Assembly: GCA_043778225.1 (NCBI GenBank)
Contig: JAYWGM010000090.1
Location: 1 to 14,277 of the forward strand
Origin: Deinococcales bacterium
Lineage (GTDB): Bacteria; Deinococcota; Deinococci; Deinococcales; JAAFIG01
Reading direction: 5' to 3'
DNA: 14,277 nt
In this document: piece by piece, positions 6,226-13,779 of the stretch
Layout of the letters: each line of letters begins with the position of its first letter
How positions within the stretch are numbered: the first letter of the stretch is position 1
Notes under the pieces: model-generated
Database searches by the model: none
Told to the model about the DNA's origin: nothing
What the model saw: only the letters and a program-made list of their open reading frames with translations
Program-made: the position numbers and the translations under genes

Positions 6226-7515
6226 ATGAACATCAAAACAATTATCGTTGCGTTTGCGCTCACCACAATCTCGAGCCTCGCCCATGCCCAAGTTGTTCCC
6301 ACACCAGCAGGGCTAACCTTAACTCGAGCCGACGAAGGCAAAATACTGATTGTCCAAAATGGTCAGTTGGTGCTGGTCAGTCCAGAATCTGTTCCGAGCT
6401 TACGCGGTGCAAGGGGTGAAACGGGTTCTCAGGGTGCGGACGGCGCTCGAGGTGCGACGGGCGCTCAAGGTCCAAAAGGTGACACGGGCTTACAAGGTAT
6501 CCAAGGTGCGACGGGCGCTCAGGGTCTAAAAGGTGACACGGGCATACAAGGTATCCAAGGTGCAAAAGGTGATACGGGCGCAGCAGGAGCAGTTGGCGCT
6601 CGAGGGGCGGATGGCGCGGTTGGTCTAACGGGCGCGAAAGGTGACACGGGAGCAGTTGGCGCGACAGGAGCAGTTGGTCCAAAAGGTGATACAGGTTCTC
6701 GAGGAGCAGATGGAGCAGTTGGCGCAAAAGGTGAGACTGGTCTCCAAGGGATTCAGGGTGCAAAAGGCGAAATTGGCGCAAAAGGTGAGACCGGAGTTAA
6801 GGGCGAAAAAGGTGAGACGGGGATTCAAGGCGTAAAAGGCGATACAGGTCTCCAAGGGATTCAAGGCGTAAAAGGTGACACTGGCTTGCAAGGGATTCAA
6901 GGCGTAAAAGGTGACACTGGCTTGCAAGGGATTCAAGGCGTAAAAGGTGATATGGGAATTCAAGGCGTAAAAGGCGACACTGGTGCAAAAGGCGAGACGG
7001 GTTTACAAGGGATTCAAGGCGTAAAAGGTGATACGGGTGTTCAGGGTACAAAAGGTGATACGGGTCTCATTGGACTCACTGGTGCAAAGGGCGAGACGGG
7101 TTTACAAGGGATTCAGGGCGCAAAAGGTGATACGGGTTCTCGAGGAGCAGATGGCGCAGTTGGCGCAAAAGGCGAGACTGGTCTCCAAGGGATTCAAGGC
7201 GTAAAAGGTGAGACTGGCACAACTGGTTTACAAGGATTGAGAGGCGATACTGGAGAAACTGGCTCACAAGGCATCCAAGGTGTGAAAGGTGACACTGGCT
7301 TACAAGGCATCCAAGGTCTCACTGGCTTGCAGGGTATTCAAGGCGTAAAAGGTGATACTGGGGCAACTGGCGAAAAGGGCGATACTGGTGCTAAGGGCGA
7401 GACAGGTAACACGGGTCCAGCCGGTCCAGCCGGTCCAGCCGGAATTCCTTTGGGCAGCTTACCTAAACCACTTGACGAAACTATCTTTTGGCGTTTTGGC
7501 TTTTTTGAGCGCTAA
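6226..7515 (+). CDS. Secreted collagen-like (Gly-X-Y) protein
   Basis: RBS AAAGGAG and a Sec signal ending AHA|Q are followed by a ~40-aa N-terminal segment, 116 uninterrupted GXY triplets and a 21-aa aromatic-rich tail. Confidence 0.92.
   Translation: MNIKTIIVAFALTTISSLAHAQVVPTPAGLTLTRADEGKILIVQNGQLVLVSPESVPSLRGARGETGSQGADGARGATGAQGPKGDTGLQGIQGATGAQGLKGDTGIQGIQGAKGDTGAAGAVGARGADGAVGLTGAKGDTGAVGATGAVGPKGDTGSRGADGAVGAKGETGLQGIQGAKGEIGAKGETGVKGEKGETGIQGVKGDTGLQGIQGVKGDTGLQGIQGVKGDTGLQGIQGVKGDMGIQGVKGDTGAKGETGLQGIQGVKGDTGVQGTKGDTGLIGLTGAKGETGLQGIQGAKGDTGSRGADGAVGAKGETGLQGIQGVKGETGTTGLQGLRGDTGETGSQGIQGVKGDTGLQGIQGLTGLQGIQGVKGDTGATGEKGDTGAKGETGNTGPAGPAGPAGIPLGSLPKPLDETIFWRFGFFER
6406..7449 (+). 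repeat. Collagen GXY coding tract with 36-bp tandem units
   Basis: The tract is 1044 nt, or 116 triplets. Near-identical 36-bp units (GIQGVKGDTGLQ) lie around 6820-6960, and a longer duplication links ~6682-6756 with ~7123-7197. Confidence 0.95.
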
Positions 7516-7640
7516 TCAAATAGCTTGAGATAACAAACTCGAGGAATCAGACTTGGGTCAGTTGACACCATAAACTTGCATAGAACCAGTGTACGAGGAT
7601 TTAGGTTATTCGGATAACTGCAATTTATGGTGTTCTGTCG

Positions 7641-7652
7641 TACACTTATACC
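7641..7652 (+). promoter_or_regulatory. -10 box for leaderless transcription of the Rrf2 gene
   Basis: TACACT-N6-ATG with no Shine-Dalgarno sequence, an arrangement typical of Deinococcota. Confidence 0.65.
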
Positions 7653-8081
7653 ATGAACTCGCGTTTTGCGCTTTCAATGCACATCTTAACCATCCTCGCC
7701 TCGAGTGATGGTTTGCTGACTTCTGAACGGCTTGCCGAGATGGTGGGTACAAATGCAGCAGTCATACGGCGGTTGGCGCAAATACTGACCAAAGCCCAAA
7801 TGGTACAGTCACGGCTTGGTCCAGGTGGTGGCTTAAAATTAGGTTTAGCTCCTGAAAAAATTACTTTGGCGTGTGTTTTTGCCATCACCAAAGACGAGAC
7901 AATGCTCAAAAATATCGATCGATCAAGTTGTGATTGTGTCTTCTCGAGTGCGCTTGAAGCCACAATTAACACGGCTTCTGGTGCTGCCGAGCAAGCCTTT
8001 CTCGAGACGTTACGGCAGACGACCTTACAAGATATTTTAGAAACGGCACGGCAAATGCCAACGCCAAAGGCTGTTGCCTAG
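7653..8081 (+). CDS. Rrf2-family transcriptional regulator (YwnA/SaiR/HypR/SifR-like, non-canonical Cys pattern)
   Basis: Motifs MNSRFALSMHIL, TSE.LAE.VGTNAAVIRR, S..GPGGG..L...PEKITL and TTLQDI are present. Cys occurs in LAC and CDC rather than in the IscR three-Cys motif. Confidence 0.92.
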   Translation: MNSRFALSMHILTILASSDGLLTSERLAEMVGTNAAVIRRLAQILTKAQMVQSRLGPGGGLKLGLAPEKITLACVFAITKDETMLKNIDRSSCDCVFSSALEATINTASGAAEQAFLETLRQTTLQDILETARQMPTPKAVA

Positions 8082-8096
8082 CTGACATCTTCTTGG

Positions 8097-8150
8097 TTGG
8101 CTGCGCGACATCTTATTTTCTAAAATGTGTAATAATTTTTGTTACGCATT
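8097..8150 (+). promoter_or_regulatory. azoR promoter with overlapping Rrf2-type operator
   Basis: TTGGCT(8097)-N18-TAAAAT(8121). The inverted repeat AATGTGTAATAA-ttt-TTGTTACGCATT (8124-8150, 10/12 match) has the core TGTAA-N9-TTAC. Confidence 0.7.
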
Positions 8151-8184
8151 AAGAGCGATGGCTCAAGTGCAAAAGGAGAACACC

Positions 8185-8817
8185 ATGGCAAAAGTTTTAT
8201 TTATTAAAGGACACCCCGGTACAAGCCAAACCAGCATCTCGGTGCAAATGCTTGAGCGTTTCCAAGCTGATTACAAAGCCAAAAATCCAAATGACAGCAT
8301 TGAAGTGCTGGATTTGTACAACGATAACATCCCACTGATTGACGCAGAAGTGATGAGCGCTTGGGGCAAATTTCAAAATGGTAAAGCCAGCGAAGTGACC
8401 GCTTCTGAGGGCGCAAAAGTTGCCCGAATGGGCGAACTCGCCGATCAATTTTTGGCTGCTGATACGGTGGTTTTTGCTGCACCAATGTGGAATTTTGGCT
8501 ATCCACCGATGGTTAAAGCCTATATTGATGCTGCTGTGGTTGCCGCAGGAAAAACCTTTAAGTACACCGAAAACGGACCAGTCGGCTTAGTCCCAAACAA
8601 AAAAGCCGTGATTCTCGAGGCAAGTGGCAGCCACTTTAGCAATACACCTGCCGAAAGCCACACCCACGCCAGCAATCACCTCAAAGGTATTCTTGGATTT
8701 ATTGGTATGAAAGACATCGAATTTATCAGTGCTGAAGGCGTAAGCCAATTTCCCGACAAGAAAAGTACCATCATCAGTGCTGCCCTTGAAAAAGTCTCGA
8801 GTCTTGCAGCCGCTTAA
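8185..8817 (+). CDS. azoR: FMN-dependent NADH:quinone oxidoreductase / azoreductase
   Basis: MAKVLFIKGHP, PMWNF, KAYID and GKTFKYTENGPVGL are AzoR/AcpD signatures. RBS AAAGGAG supports a start at 8185 rather than 8125. Confidence 0.95.
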   Translation: MAKVLFIKGHPGTSQTSISVQMLERFQADYKAKNPNDSIEVLDLYNDNIPLIDAEVMSAWGKFQNGKASEVTASEGAKVARMGELADQFLAADTVVFAAPMWNFGYPPMVKAYIDAAVVAAGKTFKYTENGPVGLVPNKKAVILEASGSHFSNTPAESHTHASNHLKGILGFIGMKDIEFISAEGVSQFPDKKSTIISAALEKVSSLAAA

Positions 8818-8831
8818 ATTAAAAGTCTAGC

Positions 8832-8860
8832 AACCGTGCCTCAATCAGGCACGGTTTTTT
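8832..8860 (+). terminator. Intrinsic terminator after azoR
   Basis: AACCGTGCCT-caatc-AGGCACGGTT followed by a T run. Confidence 0.9.
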
Positions 8861-8877
8861 CATGCCATAATTGGGCG

Positions 8878-9657
8878 ATGCAAGTTTTAATTGGCACTGG
8901 CGGATTTTCTAACGAAGACTGGGTTGGGCTTTTTTACCCGCACACCTTAAAAAAAACCCAGTGGCTCGAGTTTTATGCTCAAACCTTTAATGCTGTCGAA
9001 ATCAACAGTACCTTTTACGCTGTGCCAGCCCAAAAGCAAATGGCAAACATGATTACTCGTACCCAAGGAATGCTGACTTTCTGTGCCAAACTGCATAAAA
9101 GTTTTACCCACGACTTTACTGCCACCGCCCAAAGTGCCGCCGAGTTTTGTTACACGATGCAGCCGATGCTCGAGTCAGGAAAACTTGGGGCGTTGTTAGC
9201 CCAGTTTCCATTTGCTTTTAAGAACAGCCTCGAGTCGCGCCTTTACCTCGAGCAATTAGCAATTTGGTTTGCTGGATTTCCTTTAGCAATTGAATTTCGC
9301 CATGCCAGTTGGGATAAACGAGCCGTTTATCAGTTTCTTGCCGATTTGGGCTTACAGCCCGTCAGTCTTGATTTGCCAAATTTATCAGGTTTACCAGCCC
9401 CAGTTTTGCGTCACGATACAATGGTTTATCTGCGCTTGCATGGTCGTAACAGCGCCAACTGGTTTGATGGCAAAGATGCTGCCGAGCGCCATGATTACCT
9501 GTACACACAAGCCGAACTCGAGCCATGGGCGGATGCTTTACAAAAAATTCGTGTGCCGCAGGCTTTTGTCTTTTTTGAAAACACCACCCGTGGACAAGGA
9601 CTCGAGAATGCACGGATGTTTAGCGGGCTACTCGAGCGCCACACGAGGCACGAATAA
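8878..9657 (+). CDS. DUF72 (YecE/YunF-like) TIM-barrel protein
   Basis: Motifs IGT.GFS..DW.G.FYP, VEINSTFY, LAQFP..F, AIEFRH.SW, YLRLHGRN and YLY...EL are present. The likely start is leaderless (CATAAT-N6-ATG 8878). Confidence 0.93.
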   Translation: MQVLIGTGGFSNEDWVGLFYPHTLKKTQWLEFYAQTFNAVEINSTFYAVPAQKQMANMITRTQGMLTFCAKLHKSFTHDFTATAQSAAEFCYTMQPMLESGKLGALLAQFPFAFKNSLESRLYLEQLAIWFAGFPLAIEFRHASWDKRAVYQFLADLGLQPVSLDLPNLSGLPAPVLRHDTMVYLRLHGRNSANWFDGKDAAERHDYLYTQAELEPWADALQKIRVPQAFVFFENTTRGQGLENARMFSGLLERHTRHE

Positions 9658-10645
9658 TCAGTTTGGTCTGGCACGATATTGATTTTTGGCTGATGCTTTC
9701 GCCGCGCATCAGTTGCTCGAGTAATTGAATTGCTTTTTGGGCGTGTTCAACTGCACTGACACGAATGGTTGTCAGGGCTGGCGATAAATAGGCTGCGGTT
9801 GGTATGTCGTCGTAACCAACAATCGCTATATCTTTGGGGATATGCAGTCCAGCTTGCTGAATGGCAGCCATTGCACCCATTGCCACAGTATCGTTGCCCG
9901 CAAAGACAGCCGTTGGTTTTATTTTAAGCAGCTTTTGCATCGCCATAAATCCACTTTCGGCACTAAAATTACCAATTGCCACCAAGTTCTTTTGGTAGGG
10001 CAGTTGGGCTTGCTCAAGGGCGAGACGGTAGCCAAGCAGGCGTTTTTGGGTCGCAAAATAATGTTCTGGCGAGAAAGTTAAATGGGCAATTTTACCATGT
10101 CCAAGGCTAATCAGGTGCTTGGTGGCAAGGCTGGAAGCCAGAACTGCATCGGTTGCTACATTGTGCAGTTCTGGCTCAAAGGCAGCACCAATCAGCACCA
10201 CAGGAAAATTCTTTTGAATTAAAGTTGGCAGTTGCGAGTCATCGGAACGCGGATTGACCACCACCAAACCATCAATATGATGACCGCGCACCAATTGTAA
10301 GTAAGCATCGGGGGCAGTGACATCTTGAACGGTCTCGAGCAGCAGCTTATAGCCAGCTTTTTGGCTGTGCTGACAAAGGCTGTACAAAAGCTGTGGAATA
10401 AAAGCATCCACCGCCAAATGCTGTGCCTGAGAAATCACCACCCCAATGGTGCGGGTTTGACCACTGACCAACATTTTGGCGGCAGCATTGGGTACATAGC
10501 CCAGTGCTTCGGCAGCCGCCAAAACTTTAATTCGAGTGCTTTGTGGGATATGACTGTTTGCAACGTTGTTTAAGACAAACGAAACGGTGGTTCTCGAGAC
10601 ACCAGCCTTGGTGGCAACTTCTTGACTGGTGACTCGCTTTTTCAT
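9620..10645 (-). CDS. LacI-family transcriptional repressor
   Basis: HTH VT..EVA.KAGVSRTTVSFVLN, hinge LGYVPN, and sugar-binding motifs IP.DIAIVGYDD and PALTTI. It overlaps the melA stop as ATGA (10642-10645). Confidence 0.96.
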   Translation of the reverse strand: MKKRVTSQEVATKAGVSRTTVSFVLNNVANSHIPQSTRIKVLAAAEALGYVPNAAAKMLVSGQTRTIGVVISQAQHLAVDAFIPQLLYSLCQHSQKAGYKLLLETVQDVTAPDAYLQLVRGHHIDGLVVVNPRSDDSQLPTLIQKNFPVVLIGAAFEPELHNVATDAVLASSLATKHLISLGHGKIAHLTFSPEHYFATQKRLLGYRLALEQAQLPYQKNLVAIGNFSAESGFMAMQKLLKIKPTAVFAGNDTVAMGAMAAIQQAGLHIPKDIAIVGYDDIPTAAYLSPALTTIRVSAVEHAQKAIQLLEQLMRGESISQKSISCQTKLIIRASCGARVAR

Positions 10646-11994
10646 GCCCGCAAGGCTTCGGGGATGCTGTTGCCGTGGGCTGTGAGCAATTCATCCACAA
10701 GGTCGTGAATCTGCTGCAAATCCAATTCGGCAGCCGTGTGTGGGTCGAGCATCGCAGCATGGTAAATATGCGCTCGATTGCCGGTCAGCACCGCTTCGGC
10801 GGTCAGTTCTTGGACATTGACATTGGTTCGCATCATGGCGGCTAAGTGCGGCGGCAGCTTACCAATTTTGGTTGGCTGAATTCCATTTTTGTCCACCAAG
10901 CACGGCACTTCGACACAGCAATCTTCGGGCAGGTTATCTATTAAGCCTTTATTCGGCACATTGCCATAAATCACCCGTGGTTGTCCAGTTTCTTGGCTAT
11001 GAATAATCAGGCTACCGTATTCAACACTGCGTTTGACCTCGAGTTGTTCGGCTGGGTTCTCGAGCCGCAAGCGCATGGTTTCCCATTTGGCATTATTCAG
11101 TTCACAACGCCGAATGTACTCTTCGATGGGGATGTTAAATTGCTCGAGTAAGTCTGGGCGACCCTTTTTAATAAACCATGGCACATACTCGCTAAAATGC
11201 TCCGAGGATTCGGTCACGCTGTAGCCAAAGTGCCGAAAAACCTCATAGCGCACATGGTCAGTTAAACCCCAAGGCATATCTGCCGAAACACGGTGGGTAA
11301 ATTTTCCTTTTGCCACAAATTCTTTAACTTTTGGGTATAAATCTTCAATCGTACCGTTTTGATGGTGCTGCTCGAGTTTTAAGTAAAACGCCATGTGGTT
11401 AATGCCCGCCACCAAGTATTGGACTTCTTCGGGCGGAATCCCTAAATCATTTGCCAGTTCATGGGCGGTGTGCGGCACGCTGTGGCATAAGCCAACCAAT
11501 TTAATCGGGCTGGCTTTAGCCAGCGCAATACAGTTGATTGCCATTGGATTGACATAATTTAAGTGCAACACATTTGGGCAAACCCGTTCCATCAGTCGGG
11601 TGTACTCGAGCAGCACCGGAATGGTTCGCAGCCCACGCATAATCCCACCAATCCCAAGCGTATCCGCAATGGTCTGTTGCAAACCGTATTTTTTTGGAAT
11701 TTCAAAGTCAATCACCGTGCTGGGTTTATAACCACCAACTTGAATCATGCTAATCGCATAATCCGCACCCTCGAGCGCAACTTCGGCATCGGTGGTTGCC
11801 ACAATGCTGGGTTTAACCCCAAGGGCTTGGGCAACTTTATGTGCCACAATTTCCGAGGTTTTTAAGCGCTCAGGATTAATGTCAAACAGCATAATGCGTG
11901 AATGCTCGAGTTCTGGGTAAGACAAAATATCGCCGAGTAAATTCTTGGCAAAAACCGTACTGCCAGCGCCAATAAGTGCAATTTTTGGGTTCAT
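10642..11994 (-). CDS. melA: NAD+/Mn2+-dependent alpha-galactosidase, glycoside hydrolase family 4
   Basis: Motifs KIALIGAGSTVF, QTIADTLGIGG, NYVNP, GLCHSV, AGINHM, TESSEHFSEYVPWF and AAMLDPHTAAEL are present. The RBS is AGGAG. Confidence 0.93.
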   Translation of the reverse strand: MNPKIALIGAGSTVFAKNLLGDILSYPELEHSRIMLFDINPERLKTSEIVAHKVAQALGVKPSIVATTDAEVALEGADYAISMIQVGGYKPSTVIDFEIPKKYGLQQTIADTLGIGGIMRGLRTIPVLLEYTRLMERVCPNVLHLNYVNPMAINCIALAKASPIKLVGLCHSVPHTAHELANDLGIPPEEVQYLVAGINHMAFYLKLEQHHQNGTIEDLYPKVKEFVAKGKFTHRVSADMPWGLTDHVRYEVFRHFGYSVTESSEHFSEYVPWFIKKGRPDLLEQFNIPIEEYIRRCELNNAKWETMRLRLENPAEQLEVKRSVEYGSLIIHSQETGQPRVIYGNVPNKGLIDNLPEDCCVEVPCLVDKNGIQPTKIGKLPPHLAAMMRTNVNVQELTAEAVLTGNRAHIYHAAMLDPHTAAELDLQQIHDLVDELLTAHGNSIPEALRA

Positions 11995-12006
11995 GGGTAA
12001 CTCCTG

Positions 12007-12022
12007 ACTAACACGTGTTAGT
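12007..12022. promoter_or_regulatory. LacI-family operator for melA-lacI
   Basis: A perfect 16-bp palindrome, ACTAACACGTGTTAGT, with a central CG lies between the -10 box and the RBS of melA. Confidence 0.85.
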
Positions 12023-12023
12023 T

Positions 12024-12053
12024 AAATTACTGTAACCAAACCCGTTCTGTCAA
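12024..12053 (-). promoter_or_regulatory. Sigma70-type promoter of melA-lacI
   Basis: The minus strand reads TTGACA (12053-12048)-N18-TAATTT (12029-12024). Confidence 0.65.
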
Positions 12054-12089
12054 GCCTCGACTGACGGCGCATCCAAGCCTCGAGTGACG
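12051..12089 (+). repeat. 16-bp direct repeat pair between divergent promoters
   Basis: CAAGCCTCGACTGACG (12051-12066) and CAAGCCTCGAGTGACG (12074-12089) differ at 1 position and have a 23-bp period. Confidence 0.8.
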
Positions 12090-12090
12090 C

Positions 12091-12120
12091 TTGAAAATCC
12101 TGCCCGCTAAATGCTAGACT
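12091..12120 (+). promoter_or_regulatory. rpmE promoter
   Basis: TTGAAA-N18-TAGACT with an extended -10 TG at 12112-12113. Confidence 0.75.
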
Positions 12121-12125
12121 CTACA

Positions 12126-12234
12126 GCCGCGTCCTCGAGCGAAATGCGAGGCGGTACTTCCAAAATGGTTGTGCTTGAACTCCCTCACGGTCGGAATCGT
12201 GAGGCTGACGCTAGAAATAGCGGTTGGAGTCTAT
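12126..12234 (+). promoter_or_regulatory. Structured 5' leader of rpmE (candidate autoregulatory r-leader)
   Basis: Three hairpins lie at 12126-12155, 12183-12204 (9-bp stem) and 12209-12222 (CGCTA-GAAA-TAGCG), directly before the SD GGAG. Confidence 0.55.
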
Positions 12235-12456
12235 ATGAAAAAAGATTTACACCCAAAGATGGTTCCTTGTAAAATTATTTACAACGGCGAAGTCGTGATG
12301 GAAACATTTAGTGTCAAGCCAGAAATCCATGTGGATGTCTGGAGTGGTGTTCACCCACACTGGACAGGTCAGCAACGCTTTTTAGACACCGAAGGTCGGG
12401 TCGAGAAATTTACCAAGCGCTTTGGTACAAGTTACCGCACCAAAAAAGACGCATAG
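12235..12456 (+). CDS. rpmE: 50S ribosomal protein bL31 (zinc-free, Deinococcus-like)
   Basis: MKKDLHPK...VDVWSGVHPHWTGQQRFLDTEGRVEKF.KRFG with only one Cys. SD GGAG at 12226-12229 supports a start at 12235. Confidence 0.97.
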   Translation: MKKDLHPKMVPCKIIYNGEVVMETFSVKPEIHVDVWSGVHPHWTGQQRFLDTEGRVEKFTKRFGTSYRTKKDA

Positions 12457-12466
12457 ACTAAAATCT

Positions 12467-12494
12467 AAAAGGGGCTGCCGTGGCAGCCCCTTTT
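12467..12494. terminator. Bidirectional intrinsic terminator
   Basis: AAAA-GGGGCTGC-cgtg-GCAGCCCC-TTTT lies between the convergent rpmE and aminotransferase genes. Confidence 0.93.
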
Positions 12495-12495
12495 C

Positions 12496-13641
12496 TTATG
12501 CCCGTACCCCAAGTTGCTGGTCAAAAGCAGTAATCAAACCTTTAACGCCAAGCACTTTCTCAAGGGCATCAAAAAAACGATGATAGATGGCTGGTCGGGC
12601 GGATTCGCCCATCAGACCTAAGCGCCAAATTTTACCCGCCGTTTCGCCTAAACCGCCAGTCACAATCACACCATGTTCACGTAAGCCAGTCCGAACTGGA
12701 ACATCGTGAATAAATTCTGGCAAACGCACCGCCAAAACCGTCGGTAAGCGCTCGCTAGGGCGTTCCACAAAGGCGCTAAAGCCAATTGTCTCGAGGGCAG
12801 CCAGTGCCGCCGCACCAACTTCTGTGACCCGCTTTTCTCGAGCCTCGAGTCCTTCGGAAAGTGCCGCTGTCAGGGCAGCATCCAAGGCATAATGCAGTTG
12901 GACTGGCACAGTGTGGTGGTACTCACGGCGATTCCAATAGGCTTGTAAACCTTCAAGGTCGGCATACCAAAGTGGAACTTTTGTTTTTCGATTCTCGACT
13001 GCCTGTATGGCGCTGCTCGAGAACGCCACCGGGGCAACCCCCGGAGGCGCACTGAGGCATTTTTGGCTGCCCGTGTAGGCATAGTCCACGCCCCATTGGC
13101 GCATTTGGTAGGGCATCATCCCCGCCGTGGTCACGGCATCTACGGTCACTAAGCAACCATAGGACTTAGCCAGTTTGGCAATCTCGATGGCTGGATTCAG
13201 TACGCCTGTACTGGTTTCGCCGTGAACCACTGCCACCAGCTTAAAAGTATCGGCTTCGAGGGCTGCCCTCACATCCTCGAGTTGAATGGCTTGACCAATT
13301 GGCGACTTAACAATCGTGACTCGAGCGCCTAAGCGTTCACACATTTCTGCCATCCGATAGCCAAAACTGCCATTGGCGCAAATCAGCACTTTTTCTTGTG
13401 GCTCGAGCAAATTGGTAAAACCAGCTTCCATGCCAAGGCTGCCCGTTCCAGCCAACAAACAAGTAAATGCGGTATCGTCTGTGCCATACAGGGTTTTGAG
13501 GTTTTTTTGGACTCGATCATTGAGCGCAAAAACTTCGGGATCCATATGTCCGCGCATTGGAAAAGACAGGGCGCGTTGGGCGTGTGGCTCGATTGGCGTT
13601 GGACCAGGGGTTAAAAGAACTTGCTCGAGTGGATTGCTCAT
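12496..13641 (-). CDS. Class-V PLP aminotransferase (alanine-glyoxylate / serine-pyruvate family)
   Basis: Motifs [23 protein letters not shown], the PLP-lysine motif [15 protein letters not shown] and WRLGLMG are present. RBS GAAAGGA supports a start at 13641 (MSNPLEQ). Confidence 0.93.
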   Translation of the reverse strand: MSNPLEQVLLTPGPTPIEPHAQRALSFPMRGHMDPEVFALNDRVQKNLKTLYGTDDTAFTCLLAGTGSLGMEAGFTNLLEPQEKVLICANGSFGYRMAEMCERLGARVTIVKSPIGQAIQLEDVRAALEADTFKLVAVVHGETSTGVLNPAIEIAKLAKSYGCLVTVDAVTTAGMMPYQMRQWGVDYAYTGSQKCLSAPPGVAPVAFSSSAIQAVENRKTKVPLWYADLEGLQAYWNRREYHHTVPVQLHYALDAALTAALSEGLEAREKRVTEVGAAALAALETIGFSAFVERPSERLPTVLAVRLPEFIHDVPVRTGLREHGVIVTGGLGETAGKIWRLGLMGESARPAIYHRFFDALEKVLGVKGLITAFDQQLGVRA

Positions 13642-13680
13642 AGTTTTCCTTTCTTGGCACAAACCTGCTCGAGACGACAT

Positions 13681-13768
13681 AAAAAAACTTCTGGTCGCTC
13701 GAGTGATTCGCACAAGACAAAGCCCCGAGTGGGGTTGTCTTGTGCGGTCAAGCTCGTGCGGTCAGAAG
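13681..13768 (-). terminator. Long leader hairpin plus U7 (candidate attenuator terminator)
   Basis: An inner perfect 12-bp stem (13709-13720/13735-13746) with a CCCC/GGGG cap is closed by outer CTTCTG/CAGAAG pairing. U7 follows immediately on the minus strand (A7 at 13681-13687). Confidence 0.65.
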
Positions 13769-13771
13769 CAT
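13748..13771 (-). CDS. Putative leader peptide MLLTARA
   Basis: ATG CTT CTG ACC GCA CGA GCT TGA begins 8 nt after TACAAT and forms the 5' arm of the leader hairpin. Confidence 0.45.
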   Translation of the reverse strand: MLLTARA

Positions 13772-13779
13772 CTATGGCT

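Noticed and set aside
6377..7267. Several overlapping ORFs in the collagen region
   Set aside because: They are frame and antisense shadows of the GXY repeat.
7490..7530. T6 tract near the collagen C-terminus as a phase-variable frameshift
   Set aside because: Both alternative frames stop within a few codons, so slippage would not reveal a hidden domain.
7545..7620. Possible IS-end remnants or palindrome (GGGTCAGTTGACA; GTTATTCGGATAAC) after the collagen gene
   Set aside because: There is no partner inverted repeat, target duplication or transposase fragment, and the motifs are too short to support a call.
8125..8184. ORF-track upstream extensions of azoR (8125), DUF72 (8836), rpmE (12169) and the aminotransferase (13713)
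   Set aside because: The extensions run through operators, terminators or leader hairpins. Family N-termini and SD/-10 positions support starts at 8185, 8878, 12235 and 13641.
12126..12222. rpmE leader as a tRNA or known riboswitch
   Set aside because: It has no cloverleaf with T-loop/CCA and no recognisable aptamer consensus.
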